From IMG/VR virus record IMGVR_UViG_3300003320_000853: DNA of 64,000 bases; one strand, given 5' to 3'. Shown piece by piece: positions 28,511 to 37,870 of this stretch (position 1 is its first letter; every line of letters starts with the position of its first letter). This stretch comes from a virus (taxonomy: Duplodnaviria > Caudoviricetes). The notes beneath the pieces were generated by a model that was not told the DNA's origin, searched no databases, and saw only the letters and a program-made list of their open reading frames with translations. The translations under genes and the position numbers were made by a program.

Positions 28511-28852
28511 ATGAGCAGCGTGATCCTTCTCGAAGACGCGTCTGGCATCCCCCTGGTGGAGCCCAACCGGGATGGGGACATCCTCAACATCCACCGTTCG
28601 ATCGCCGACGTGATCGAAGTCGACAACCCGCCCCGGCCCGGCGACGTCCTCATGTTCACCTCGGGCCCCGCCTACCGCCACTGGTTGGGCATCTGGAGCG
28701 GTAGGATGGAAGTCCTGGAAGTGCTCGGCCGGAGCAGCCGGTCCGAGGGGTGGGAGGTCACCGTCGTCAGCCTGGAAGCAACTGCTCCCATCGCCCATGG
28801 GCGGAGAGTCGAAGACGGCGACTGGATCCGCGTCGCCTGTGCCCGCCCATGA
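28511..28852 (+). CDS. Hypothetical protein
   Basis: Operonic with neighbours. Confidence 0.65.
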   Translation: MSSVILLEDASGIPLVEPNRDGDILNIHRSIADVIEVDNPPRPGDVLMFTSGPAYRHWLGIWSGRMEVLEVLGRSSRSEGWEVTVVSLEATAPIAHGRRVEDGDWIRVACARP

Positions 28853-29241
28853 GGACTTCTGACATGGATCATCAGTGGGAAGAGTTCGGGGACGAGCACG
28901 AGTGCTCCTACGTCGACTGCTACTGCGATCACCCGACTTGTCTCAAGTGCGGCGTGGAGCAGGACTCCGAGGAAGCAAACTTCCCCTGCGTGGGATGGAA
29001 GCGGTGCGAGCGCACGAAGGCCCTGATCCTGGAGTGCTGGGAGCACGCGCAAACCCTCGAAGGGCCCGAGAAGGGGGACTTCTTCTTCCTCCTGTCGAAG
29101 CTTGGCTCCGGTGCCCCTTGCTTCGAGAACAGGGGGTGCGAGCCCATCCTCAACCGTTACCGTGACCCCCACAAGAGATGCTTCCTGCCCGGGAAGTGCC
29201 GCTGTCGCTGCATCACTTGCACACAGGGCGAGCTGGTGTAG
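28849..29241 (+). CDS. Cys-rich hypothetical protein
   Basis: Multiple CxxC; stop inside class B motif. Confidence 0.65.
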   Translation: MRTSDMDHQWEEFGDEHECSYVDCYCDHPTCLKCGVEQDSEEANFPCVGWKRCERTKALILECWEHAQTLEGPEKGDFFFLLSKLGSGAPCFENRGCEPILNRYRDPHKRCFLPGKCRCRCITCTQGELV

Positions 29242-29250
29242 CTCCGCCGC

Positions 29251-29586
29251 GTGAGCACCCACGCCCTGCCTCTCGATCCTCCTCCGGAGTTCCCGGCAAA
29301 GCCCGACCCTCCGGTCACGTTTCCCCTGCGCTTCAACCTTTCCAGGGAAGCGATGTCGCGGGCGATCCGATCGGCGACGGGTCTCGATGTGCCTCCGGAG
29401 ACCTTGAACGTCGACCCTGGTCGCGAGATGCCGGAGGGCCAGGGCGTTTCCATCGAGATCCCCGTCTCGTGGGTGGACGGTAACGAGGTCGACCGGACGA
29501 ACCGCATCCGCTTCCTCATCGGGAAAGAGAACGGCCTTCTCTTCCTTCAGATCGAAGGCGTGGCCGGCAACTTCCCCCGAGGCTAG
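29251..29586 (+). CDS. Hypothetical protein
   Basis: GTG 16 nt after class B motif. Confidence 0.7.
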   Translation: MSTHALPLDPPPEFPAKPDPPVTFPLRFNLSREAMSRAIRSATGLDVPPETLNVDPGREMPEGQGVSIEIPVSWVDGNEVDRTNRIRFLIGKENGLLFLQIEGVAGNFPRG

Positions 29587-29588
29587 CC

Positions 29589-29981
29589 GTGGCTGTAGGG
29601 GAAGGTGTTCTCCATTACAGCCTCGACGCGGGCGTGTACCGGCTCGTCGTGGACATCGACCCGGGAATCACGGACTTCTACCGCGCCCTCGTCCCGAAGA
29701 CCGTCCGGCTCAACCGGCAGAAGTTCGCGCCCCACATCACCGTCGTCAGGGAGACTTCGCTCCCTTCCCCGGCCCGCTGGGGCGCCCATGAAGGGGAGCG
29801 CATACTTTTCGAGTACAACCCCGAGATTCAGGAGGGCCACGTATACTACTGGCTCGAAGTCTATTCGGAGCGCATGGGAGACATTCGCGTCGAGCTGGGT
29901 CTCCCACGAAGCGGACCGAATACCCGACCGCCTGATGGCGCCGAGTGCTTTCACACAACGCTCGACAATTTGAAGGGGTGA
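29589..29981 (+). CDS. 2H phosphoesterase-like protein
   Basis: Two HxT motifs (APHITV, CFHTTL) about 65 aa apart in a 130-aa protein. Confidence 0.7.
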   Translation: MAVGEGVLHYSLDAGVYRLVVDIDPGITDFYRALVPKTVRLNRQKFAPHITVVRETSLPSPARWGAHEGERILFEYNPEIQEGHVYYWLEVYSERMGDIRVELGLPRSGPNTRPPDGAECFHTTLDNLKG

Positions 29982-29986
29982 ACGAA

Positions 29987-30610
29987 ATGCTCAAAGAGCT
30001 TCAAGACAAGATCATCGCTGCCTGCCCGAACGTCGTCTTCTCCCTGCCCCAATGGTGGGGGTTCGAGTGCGGGAACGGCTGGTTCGATCTGGTCCACGAT
30101 CTCTTCGCGGAGCTGAACGACCTCCCCTACATCGGCGATGTTCGATTCACCTGTGTGAAGACGAAGTTCGCCGAGTTGCGGGTCTACTTCTACTTCACCG
30201 AGGGATCCCGCTGTGAAGGGGTGTCCGAGCTCATCCAGAAGGCGACGGATCGGGCACGGAATACATGCGAGGCGTGCGGCAAGCCAGGCTGTGCCGTGGT
30301 GGACAGTCGCGGCTGGCTTCGGGTGACGTGCCTGATCCATCGCAAGCCCGACGATCGCAATCGCTATGAGGGCGACATGGGGGTCTCCACCCTGTGGTTC
30401 GGTCCATCGTGGGGAGCACCGATCTGTCTTCCGGCCAACGAGTGCGAGACCCCGAACCGTCCCTGCTACCTGTGCAGCAAGGAGTTCGTGTCGGAGGATC
30501 GGGGTCTCGTGATGCCCTTCCACGGGGGACCTGGAGATCCCGCATCGCTCCCTGCCCATTTGGAGTGTCTGAGCGTCGCGCTCGGCTTTCCAATCCCCAA
30601 GACGGTGTAA
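29987..30610 (+). CDS. Conserved phage protein (ECGxGW...K-x-KF...CExCG family)
   Basis: FECGNGWFDL, VKTKFAELRVY, TCEACGKPG, GWLRVTC. Confidence 0.75.
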   Translation: MLKELQDKIIAACPNVVFSLPQWWGFECGNGWFDLVHDLFAELNDLPYIGDVRFTCVKTKFAELRVYFYFTEGSRCEGVSELIQKATDRARNTCEACGKPGCAVVDSRGWLRVTCLIHRKPDDRNRYEGDMGVSTLWFGPSWGAPICLPANECETPNRPCYLCSKEFVSEDRGLVMPFHGGPGDPASLPAHLECLSVALGFPIPKTV

Positions 30611-30619
30611 AGATAGGGC

Positions 30620-31214
30620 ATGCGCTACAGCCCGTATCTGACCCGTTCTGCCGCAGAAAGAATCGACGCCAAGATCGGTCTCCATCCGGACTTCCCCAAG
30701 CCCGGGATCCTGTTCCGCGACGTCTCCCCGCTCCTCGCCGACCCGGATGCGTTCGCGGCGACGATCGCGACCATGTGCGCGCCCTACCCGACGAACAGGG
30801 GACGCACCCACGGCTTCCCCTTCAATCCGCTCGGCGAGTGCCCGACATACATCGCGGGCATCGAGTCGCGGGGGTTCATCTTCGGTGCGGCCATGGCGTC
30901 GACCCTCGGCGCGAGCTTCGTCCCGATCCGGAAGAAGGGCGCCAAGCTCCCCGGCGTCCTCCACGAGGAGAGCTACGCCCTGGAGTATGGCGAGGCAACG
31001 CTCGTCCTCCAGGAAGGGGCGATTCCTCCCCATGCGAAGGTCGTCATCGTCGAACGACCTCATCGCCACTGGGGGCTCGGCGGGGGCTGCCTCCAAGCTC
31101 GTTCGCCGTCAGGGGGCCCAGGTGCTCGGCTTCTCCTTCGTGATCGAGCTGGCGGGCCTCAAGGGTGCGGACAAGCTCGACGCCCTGACCCACTCCGTGC
31201 TTCTCTTCGACTGA
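30620..31214 (+). pseudogene. apt: Adenine phosphoribosyltransferase with a one-base frameshift (real, or an assembly error)
   Basis: PDFPKPGILFRD, GIESRGF, RKKGAKLPG, YALEYG; the PRPP motif VVIV-DD-LIATGGS is broken by an extra A at about 31053 (GTCGAACGACCTC) and continues in the other frame to SVLLFD*. Confidence 0.85.
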
Positions 31215-31217
31215 CCT

Positions 31218-31583
31218 GTGGCGAAGACCTTCAACTCCCGGCGCGAGGTGCTCCGGTACGCGAAGAAGCACCCCGAGAAAGTCGAGGGTATGCTTCGCGC
31301 TGCGGTCAAGAGGGCCTTCTGGTTCGACGCGGCCGTAGATCGGTTCCTCAATTCGACTCCGGAGACTCAACAACGATTTCTGGGCGAGTATGCCCGGGCC
31401 GAGTACAGGATCATCACAGAGAGCCAGATCGACATGATCCACTGGTGGCTCGCAGCCCAAGCGGCGGCGCCCACCGTGGCCGCGAACCGTGCGCGGAGGG
31501 CTCAGGAAAAGGCCCTTGATGAACATTCGAGAATGCCCACAGCCTGGGCGCATCTACTCCGGAGAGACCCGTGGAGCTCTTGA
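31218..31583 (+). CDS. Hypothetical protein with C-terminal tag (MPTAWAHLLRRDPWSS*)
   Basis: Tag near C-terminus. Confidence 0.7.
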   Translation: MAKTFNSRREVLRYAKKHPEKVEGMLRAAVKRAFWFDAAVDRFLNSTPETQQRFLGEYARAEYRIITESQIDMIHWWLAAQAAAPTVAANRARRAQEKALDEHSRMPTAWAHLLRRDPWSS

Positions 31584-31861
31584 CCGACATCCCGAAGAAC
31601 GAGGCTGACACGCAGAGGGGCTGGGGTCCCACGCGTCGCGACTGGTACTCCATCTGCTCGACGCACAGGCACTTCGAGCCGAAGTGCTCCCGGTGCCAGC
31701 GTGGGCAGTGGCTCAACTACTGGCGCTGGTGCGCGAACAGTGCCGTGTTCACGGTGGCTCCCGGCGTCTGGCGCTGGTGGGCGAACCTCCCGTGGAAAAA
31801 GCGGGCGTTCGTGCGGAAAATGCAGAGCTGGGGGTTCGAGAACTTCGGGAAGAAGCCATGA
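31571..31861 (+). CDS. Trp-rich hypothetical protein
   Basis: Operonic overlap with neighbours. Confidence 0.6.
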   Translation: MELLTDIPKNEADTQRGWGPTRRDWYSICSTHRHFEPKCSRCQRGQWLNYWRWCANSAVFTVAPGVWRWWANLPWKKRAFVRKMQSWGFENFGKKP

Positions 31862-32226
31862 CTGACGAGGAATGGGCTGCCGCCTACGAGGAGAAGAAGG
31901 CCCGGGCGCGGGGCTTCGAGTGGTGCCAGAGGTTCGCCGAGGCGCTCGGAAAGAAGGGTCTCAAGGCGTTCGCCGGCCAGCAGTGGGACGGCTACTGCGA
32001 CCACCGCGACGCCCACAACTTCTGGTACTTTCACCCTCGCAACGGCGGCGTGAGCGCCTACGTGCAGTACGACTACGACCCTGAGACGCGGGCGAGCACG
32101 TACGACGCGGGGTTCCTCGACCCGGAGAAGATCGAAGCGTCCTTGGAGCGCGTCAACGCTTTGGAGCCCTTCCCGCCCCGCAAATGGGTGTGGAGAGCCC
32201 TCGGGGAGGCCATGGAGGCGGAATGA
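31858..32226 (+). CDS. Hypothetical protein
   Basis: ATGA overlaps at both ends. Confidence 0.7.
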   Translation: MTDEEWAAAYEEKKARARGFEWCQRFAEALGKKGLKAFAGQQWDGYCDHRDAHNFWYFHPRNGGVSAYVQYDYDPETRASTYDAGFLDPEKIEASLERVNALEPFPPRKWVWRALGEAMEAE

Positions 32227-32876
32227 ACGTCACGATCTTCCGGCACGGCCAGAGCACAGCGAATGCCGGCGAACCAAGCGACGACCCCGCGAGCATCGAG
32301 CTCACCCCGCTCGGATGGGAACAGGCGCGGATGATCGCCGAAGCACCTACGGGCGCCCCGGGTCTCATCGTGACCTCGCCGTTTCTTCGTACGAAGCAGA
32401 CGGCCAGGCCTACGGTAGAGCGCTTCCCAAGCGTGGCCCAGGAAGAGTGGCCCATCCAGGAGTTCACCTATCTTCCGGCCGAGCCGTTCAAGGGCACCAC
32501 GCGAGCCGACCGGGTCGAGTTCGCGGCGGCCTTCTGGGATCGCTCCGATCCGTTCTACCGGGAGGGCCCGGGGGCCGAGTCGCTCAATGACCTTTTCGTC
32601 CGGGTGTACGACATGTTCGATCGGCTCGACAGGATCGGCAGCGCCACGAACGAAATCGCGATCTTCGGCCACGGGATGTTCATGAGGGCGATCCTCTGGG
32701 GCGTGCTCACGAACATCTGGACGATGACCCCGGACACGATGCAAGGCTTCCGTTCGTTCTGCCTCTCCTTCCCCATCCCGAACGCCGTATCGCTTCCTCT
32801 CTCCGGGCAGGATGGGCGCTGGCACGTCGGAACGCTTGGGATCAACCACATCCCAGAGGGTATGGTCACGACGTGA
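32223..32876 (+). CDS. Histidine phosphatase (phosphoglycerate mutase-like)
   Basis: IFRHGQS, LTPLGWEQA, SPFLRTKQTA, GAES, IFGHG, IPNA. Confidence 0.92.
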   Translation: MNVTIFRHGQSTANAGEPSDDPASIELTPLGWEQARMIAEAPTGAPGLIVTSPFLRTKQTARPTVERFPSVAQEEWPIQEFTYLPAEPFKGTTRADRVEFAAAFWDRSDPFYREGPGAESLNDLFVRVYDMFDRLDRIGSATNEIAIFGHGMFMRAILWGVLTNIWTMTPDTMQGFRSFCLSFPIPNAVSLPLSGQDGRWHVGTLGINHIPEGMVTT

Positions 32877-33097
32877 GTCAGCCCATCACGGAGGCCGACA
32901 TCCTGGCCTTGGTCCGTGGCGCGGTGAGGTTCCCCTACCCGCAAGTCTGCAAGCACCTGGTCGCGCTCGACTTGCTGAACATGCTCGGCGAGAAGGGCTA
33001 CAACGTCCGGGAGGATCTCGCCGCCGCCATCGTGGAGGCCCGAGACGAAGACGCCCTGGCGATCCTGGGGTTGATCGCTCCAGAGGTGCCGCTGTAG
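32873..33097 (+). CDS. Hypothetical protein
   Basis: GTGA overlap; 3' end contains a full class A promoter. Confidence 0.6.
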   Translation: MSQPITEADILALVRGAVRFPYPQVCKHLVALDLLNMLGEKGYNVREDLAAAIVEARDEDALAILGLIAPEVPL

Positions 33098-33115
33098 GAG
33101 CGCGGGAGGATTTCC

Positions 33116-33412
33116 ATGGAAAAAGATTACGCGATCGTTCTCTTTTACGTCATTCTCATCTCGGCCACTCTCACCGCCCTGGTCGCCGAGTCCTACTTCA
33201 AAGACTTGACCCCCAGCTTCAAGCTGAAGCTCCGGCGGATCTACATGCTCACGGTGACGGCCACGTGCGGCGCCAGCTTCGACGATGCCCTGACGCAGCA
33301 TCGGCCGATCCAGGCGACCCTGTGTGCCTTCTTCATCGGAGTCATCGTCCTGAGCGCATTCGCTTCGCTCTTCGACAAGGAGAAGCCGAAGAACAAGGGC
33401 GACGAGGCGTGA
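33116..33412 (+). CDS. Small membrane protein
   Basis: GGAGG site; hydrophobic segments. Confidence 0.65.
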   Translation: MEKDYAIVLFYVILISATLTALVAESYFKDLTPSFKLKLRRIYMLTVTATCGASFDDALTQHRPIQATLCAFFIGVIVLSAFASLFDKEKPKNKGDEA

Positions 33413-33756
33413 AGACCTGGCATTTCGAGAGCGCGATCGTGGCCTCCCTTCTGCTCGCCGTGTGGTGGACGACGGGCCACACGGCGGCCGAGCTGCTCGG
33501 GAGTGCGGCCGTGTTCTGCGGCTTCTGTTGCGCTTCCATCACCGACCGGCTCACCGAGCAGGAGGCGGTCCGGGTCAAGCCCGCCGTCTCCTGCTACCGG
33601 CTCTTCTGGTACTTCTTCGTAGGCAAGGAGGCGTTCTGGGCCGTCTACTTCACCTGGAAGGGAGCCTGGTCGGCGCTCGTCGGGGTCGCGATCTTCATGG
33701 CGTACCCTTTGTGGCGCAAGGTATGGCGCCACATCCATCCGATGCGGAACGGTTAG
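33409..33756 (+). CDS. Membrane protein
   Basis: GTGA overlap; YFFVGKEAFW, ALVGVAIFMAYPLWRK. Confidence 0.7.
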   Translation: MKTWHFESAIVASLLLAVWWTTGHTAAELLGSAAVFCGFCCASITDRLTEQEAVRVKPAVSCYRLFWYFFVGKEAFWAVYFTWKGAWSALVGVAIFMAYPLWRKVWRHIHPMRNG

Positions 33757-33759
33757 GGG

Positions 33760-34551
33760 CTAGTTGCAGACGCCCGTCTGCATGTTGCACTGGAGACCGC
33801 TGCAACACAGATCGTCGAGAGTGCAATCGGCGCCGGGGCCCTGGCAGCACGAACCGCTCTCGCACTGGAGATGGATGCTGGTGCAGCAATCGCTGTCGGA
33901 CTGGCACTCATAGCCCATCACGGTGCTGTACTCGTCCATGCAACACTCGCCGACGACGGGGTCGATGGCGTAGTTGGCCGGGCAACGGAGACCCTCGCAA
34001 CAGATGTTGGTGGGGTCGTCCGTGTAGAAGGAATTGTCACAGGGCCCGCCGATCTCGGAGCACCCGTTGATGGGTCCGGCGTCGGCGCCGACATCGTTGG
34101 CTGGCTGGACGCAGCCGCCGGGAATCTCCCAGGCGGGCGGGGGCTGGAAGTTGATGACGTCCTGCGGGAAGGAGCCAACGAGGACGCACCGTAGGCCCTC
34201 GTTGGCGGCCGTGACCTCGTCCTTGCCGAGCAGGTTGTCAGTGATCTGCGTGGCGCGATCGAGATCCTTGGCGCAGAAGACGAACCCGCACGGGTAGTGT
34301 GGGATGAGCATGGCGTAGGCGTTGAAGAGACCGGGCGGCGTGATGACGGGGTCGGCGTTGCAGGCCCAGACATTGCCGCCGTAGTCCCCGACGCCGTTGA
34401 GGAAGGCCTTGGTAACACAAATGGCCGCCCCCATCTTGGGGGCCGAGCTGCTACATCCTCCGCCATCTGCGGCCATGGCGAAGAGAGAGAACGTGGCCAG
34501 CGCCAAGACGGCGCCGATCCTACCGGGAGTCCTGGAAATGTATCGCTTCAT
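33760..34551 (-). CDS. Secreted/lipoprotein with Cys-rich C-terminal repeats
   Basis: MKRYISR signal peptide, AADGGGC, repeated C-x5-6-CC-x3-4-C modules. Confidence 0.8.
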   Translation of the reverse strand: MKRYISRTPGRIGAVLALATFSLFAMAADGGGCSSSAPKMGAAICVTKAFLNGVGDYGGNVWACNADPVITPPGLFNAYAMLIPHYPCGFVFCAKDLDRATQITDNLLGKDEVTAANEGLRCVLVGSFPQDVINFQPPPAWEIPGGCVQPANDVGADAGPINGCSEIGGPCDNSFYTDDPTNICCEGLRCPANYAIDPVVGECCMDEYSTVMGYECQSDSDCCTSIHLQCESGSCCQGPGADCTLDDLCCSGLQCNMQTGVCN

Positions 34552-34626
34552 AGAGCGCGTCCCTACACCAAAATCCGGTTGCTGTCGAGGTTGATCGGCT
34601 GGCTCCGTCCCGTGTAGAGAGGGGTC

Positions 34627-34899
34627 ATGAGCGACCCGAATAAGCCTGTGGATCCCAAGAATCCCTTCAGCGGCCTCAGCGACCACGAGTGGAACGTCGC
34701 GAAGGACATGTGGGGAAAGGGGCTCGACAAGTGGCTGGCCCCGACGGCAGCCCCGTCCGGCGCCCTCCCTCAATGGAGGGTGAAGATCCCTGGTGTATCT
34801 TTCCCTCAGTACACCCGCCGCTCGGGCGCCTACAAGGCCGTGACTGGCCCGATCCTGGAGGAGACCCGTCGCCGGCTGGGGCTCAAGGACGAAGGTTGA
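34627..34899 (+). CDS. Hypothetical protein
   Basis: Class A promoter at 34591. Confidence 0.7.
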   Translation: MSDPNKPVDPKNPFSGLSDHEWNVAKDMWGKGLDKWLAPTAAPSGALPQWRVKIPGVSFPQYTRRSGAYKAVTGPILEETRRRLGLKDEG

Positions 34900-35178
34900 T
34901 CAGCGCCGGAGCGTAGCTTCGCCCTCGGGGTCGGAACCATTCATCCGGCCCGCGATCTGAGGGATGTCCTTGCGGGAGAAGGTCAGGGTCTTTTCATCCC
35001 CGAGAGATGCGTCGTCGCTCAAGTCCGGCAGCTTCAGCACCTTCGGAGCCCATGCTGGCTTCGGCTGCGCCAAGAGGCGCTTCAGCTCCCCCATCTGCCG
35101 GCTCAGGCTGGAGACCCGGTGATTCAGGAGGCCGAGGATCGCGAGGATGAGGAGCAATTCGATCACAACAGGGGTCAT
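34900..35178 (-). CDS. Single-TM hypothetical protein
   Basis: N-terminal hydrophobic helix; class B upstream. Confidence 0.65.
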   Translation of the reverse strand: MTPVVIELLLILAILGLLNHRVSSLSRQMGELKRLLAQPKPAWAPKVLKLPDLSDDASLGDEKTLTFSRKDIPQIAGRMNGSDPEGEATLRR

Positions 35179-35199
35179 AGGATCCCTGTTACACCGAGG

Positions 35200-35433
35200 C
35201 TAGGAGTTCTGGGTATTGAGCTTCGCGAGCTGCGTCGTGAGCTCATCGTACTCGTTGACGGCCGCGTTCGTCTTGCCTTCAGCGAAACATTTGCCACAGC
35301 GACGCCCGTAGGACTCCCGCGACGTCTTGACTCCGAAGGGGTTCCTACAGACCCAACAGCGGCCCGGCGGATGAGCCTTCCAGAGCTGGCTGAGACGCTT
35401 CTGGACTCTCTGCTTCTCCTTCGCCGTGCTCAC
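35200..35433 (-). CDS. Small Zn-finger protein
   Basis: CWVC...CGKC. Confidence 0.6.
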   Translation of the reverse strand: MSTAKEKQRVQKRLSQLWKAHPPGRCWVCRNPFGVKTSRESYGRRCGKCFAEGKTNAAVNEYDELTTQLAKLNTQNS

Positions 35434-35684
35434 AGGCTTTCCTCCTCATCGAGGCGCTCCCAGGCCGTCGGAGCCGTCGAGGGAGGGGGCGGGAACGTGA
35501 GACGCCACATGGACAGGTCGGTCTCCAGGAAGATTCGCGTACTCTTCCGGATGCACACCTCGGGATCCCCATCGTAGAAGCTCGGGAAGCCCGTATGTTC
35601 CCACAGGATGTGCTCGGCGAAGTCCTTCGGAAGGGCAATGAAGAGCTGACGGGCTTCGTCCTGGACGATCTCGACGCCCGTCAC
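35430..35684 (-). CDS. Hypothetical protein with C-terminal tag (APTAWERLDEEESL*)
   Basis: GTGA overlap with the CYTH gene; ILWEHTGFPSF; tag after a Pro linker. Confidence 0.7.
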   Translation of the reverse strand: MTGVEIVQDEARQLFIALPKDFAEHILWEHTGFPSFYDGDPEVCIRKSTRIFLETDLSMWRLTFPPPPSTAPTAWERLDEEESL

Positions 35685-36244
35685 CGGAGGTGCCCGCAGT
35701 CCGGGCACGCCACGATCTGGTCAGGGATGCTCTCCGGACCATCATCGTCGTCGCCCTCGATGAAGATCATCCCCTTGCCACCACAGCGGCAGGGGAACTT
35801 CGGGATCTCGCGGGAGCGGGCCAGGTTGACGTTTTGGAAGCGCGGGTCGAGGGATACCTCCTCGCCGACCCACTCGGGCTTGCCGTACTCCTGATCCTCC
35901 GAATCCAGCTCGATCTCGGCGAGCCAGAAGCCCTGGAGGTGCCCGTGGAACTCGTCGACCTCCCACGGCGAGTTTAGAAGGCGGTGCCGCGTCTTCTCCA
36001 GCCGGAGAGGGCACATCGCGAGCATCTTCTGTGCGATCTCACGGCTCAGGGGGAAGCTCCATTCCTCGCGTGAGATGAGGCCCTTGCCCTTGATCGTGAG
36101 CTCGTTCCCGACGACGACGCTCGACGAGAGCCGGACGCGCACCAGAGGGTTGAGGCTCAGGTACCCCTGGACGATACGGGCCGAGAAGAGACGTTCCGTA
36201 GGGAGCTTCTCGACGTTGACCAGGAACTTGCGCTCGATCTCCAT
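35681..36244 (-). CDS. CYTH domain (triphosphate tunnel metalloenzyme) with C-terminal Zn-ribbon
   Basis: MEIERKFLV, RVR, TIKG, LEKTR, WEVDEF, LAEIEL; CRCGGKG...CPDCG. Confidence 0.9.
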   Translation of the reverse strand: MEIERKFLVNVEKLPTERLFSARIVQGYLSLNPLVRVRLSSSVVVGNELTIKGKGLISREEWSFPLSREIAQKMLAMCPLRLEKTRHRLLNSPWEVDEFHGHLQGFWLAEIELDSEDQEYGKPEWVGEEVSLDPRFQNVNLARSREIPKFPCRCGGKGMIFIEGDDDDGPESIPDQIVACPDCGHLR

Positions 36245-36247
36245 CCT

Positions 36248-36451
36248 TCACCTCTCGGGTCCGTACACCAGACGGCTCATGAACACGTGGGCAGCGCCGC
36301 TCTGGCAGTATCCCTTACGGTGAGGCCATGGGACGGCGCCGCAGAAGCATACGCAGCGGGACGCTCGAACCTTGCGCATCACCCGGCAGAGAGGTCGGCC
36401 GGGCCGGCATCCTTTGATGTGCCGATCCTTCCAGCACCGCTTGCGGGGCAT
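36248..36451 (-). CDS. Small basic Cys-rich protein
   Basis: Class B motif 16 nt upstream. Confidence 0.55.
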   Translation of the reverse strand: MPRKRCWKDRHIKGCRPGRPLCRVMRKVRASRCVCFCGAVPWPHRKGYCQSGAAHVFMSRLVYGPER

Positions 36452-36606
36452 CGCCCGGGGCTACACCGTGGGCTCGTGGGCTCGTGCTCCTGGCTGAACC
36501 GAGCACCGACCGTCGTGAGGTGGCGTGCGGCTTCATCGAAATCCATGCCCTACCCTTACACCAACCCCCAGGTTGATCGAGATGGTGTAGAGGCTGTACA
36601 ACCTAC

Positions 36607-37191
36607 ATGAAACTCGCTCGGCACTATCAGACCGTTACGGAAAAGGCCCTCGATGCGAAGAAGGCCAGAGACAAGGAAGCCGCCATGGCTCAGCTCAGAG
36701 AGCTGGAGCCCCAGGTCGAGGGAGCTGCAAACGACGGCAAGTTCACCTTCTCCACCACCGAGCGTCTGCTCCCCTTGACCGTCGCCATGCTCATCGAGCT
36801 GGGATACGCAACCAAGGAGCGCCAGGACAACGGCAACTTCCCGGACGCCTCCCGCCCGATCTGGGACATCTCTTGGGGCGAGTTCGCTCGCCCTGTCTCC
36901 ACGGAGCGCAGGGACAGGGTCTTCGTGGTCATCGGCAAGACGGGCCAGTACGAGGACACCACCGAATGGTACGTCTGCGCCTTTGGGACGCACGAGGACG
37001 CCCTGGATCTCAGCAATCGGCTCAATGCGTGGTGCCGGGATCACGGGTGCGATGCACGCCCCTACGTCGGCGTGCCGACCGACCATCCCCCCGAGGACCC
37101 CGCCTTCCGTTGCATTGACACGGGCGTCCAGTACCACATCCACGAGATCCCCCTCTATCTCTCAGGAAAAGGTATGTCCATCCCGACATGA
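36607..37191 (+). CDS. Two-domain hypothetical protein; C-terminal domain paralogous to 53746-54021
   Basis: Class A promoter at 36573; visible alignment to the paralogue. Confidence 0.75.
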   Translation: MKLARHYQTVTEKALDAKKARDKEAAMAQLRELEPQVEGAANDGKFTFSTTERLLPLTVAMLIELGYATKERQDNGNFPDASRPIWDISWGEFARPVSTERRDRVFVVIGKTGQYEDTTEWYVCAFGTHEDALDLSNRLNAWCRDHGCDARPYVGVPTDHPPEDPAFRCIDTGVQYHIHEIPLYLSGKGMSIPT

Positions 37192-37583
37192 CCCTTCGCT
37201 TCGTGAACCTGCTCGCTTGGTGGCGGCGCAAGGTGGCCGTCGAGAGCTTTTCCACGCCCAAGCTCTCGGACGGAACCCTGATCACGATCGACGAAGGGGA
37301 CGGCACGGAGCCCCAAATGCTCGCTCTCACCCGGAACAACCTGTGCTCCATGGCGTGGGTCATCCGCGAGGCCGATCGGCGGGGCTTGAAAAACGTCTCG
37401 CTCACCCTCGAAGTGCCCGAGGGGCCCGACGTCTGGTCTCAGACGCTCACGGTACCCAACTGGGCCAAGAGGAAGCTCTTCCGCGAGGTCATCGCACGGG
37501 CCCTCGCGCTCGGCTGGAAGGGCGAAGTCTACCACCCTTCTCCCACGGCATGGGATCAGCTTTTGAGGGATGAGGGTCTCTAG
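37188..37583 (+). CDS. Hypothetical protein with C-terminal tag (SPTAWDQLLRDEGL*)
   Basis: ATGA overlap; tag. Confidence 0.75.
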   Translation: MTLRFVNLLAWWRRKVAVESFSTPKLSDGTLITIDEGDGTEPQMLALTRNNLCSMAWVIREADRRGLKNVSLTLEVPEGPDVWSQTLTVPNWAKRKLFREVIARALALGWKGEVYHPSPTAWDQLLRDEGL

Positions 37584-37618
37584 GTTGATCGGCGCGCCCC
37601 TGGCCTTGTAGTAGGGGC

Positions 37619-37870
37619 ATGGCACGCAAGAGCACCAAAGCCCTCAACGAGTTCCTCGCCACCCTTGGCGAGCCTCCCTGCGGCAGCTTCGAGACCTACG
37701 GCCGCGACACCAAGGCCTACGTCTTCGTCCCCAAGACGATGACCCGGGCGCAGTTCGAAGCCAAGCTGACCGAGGCGGGGTTCACCTGTCATCCGGAGTG
37801 GAACCGCACCATCCCCACGGGGACGGAGGTGGATGTCACCTTCCGCAAGGTGAAGGGCTGGGACGAGTGA
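37619..37870 (+). CDS. Hypothetical protein
   Basis: ATG 34 nt from TTGATC 37585. Confidence 0.75.
   Translation: MARKSTKALNEFLATLGEPPCGSFETYGRDTKAYVFVPKTMTRAQFEAKLTEAGFTCHPEWNRTIPTGTEVDVTFRKVKGWDE

Noticed and set aside
36379-36546. 55-aa minus-strand ORF behind the class B motif at 36557
   Set aside because: Canonical promoter spacing, but it overlaps the next gene by about 70 nt with a low-information C-terminal half; left uncalled
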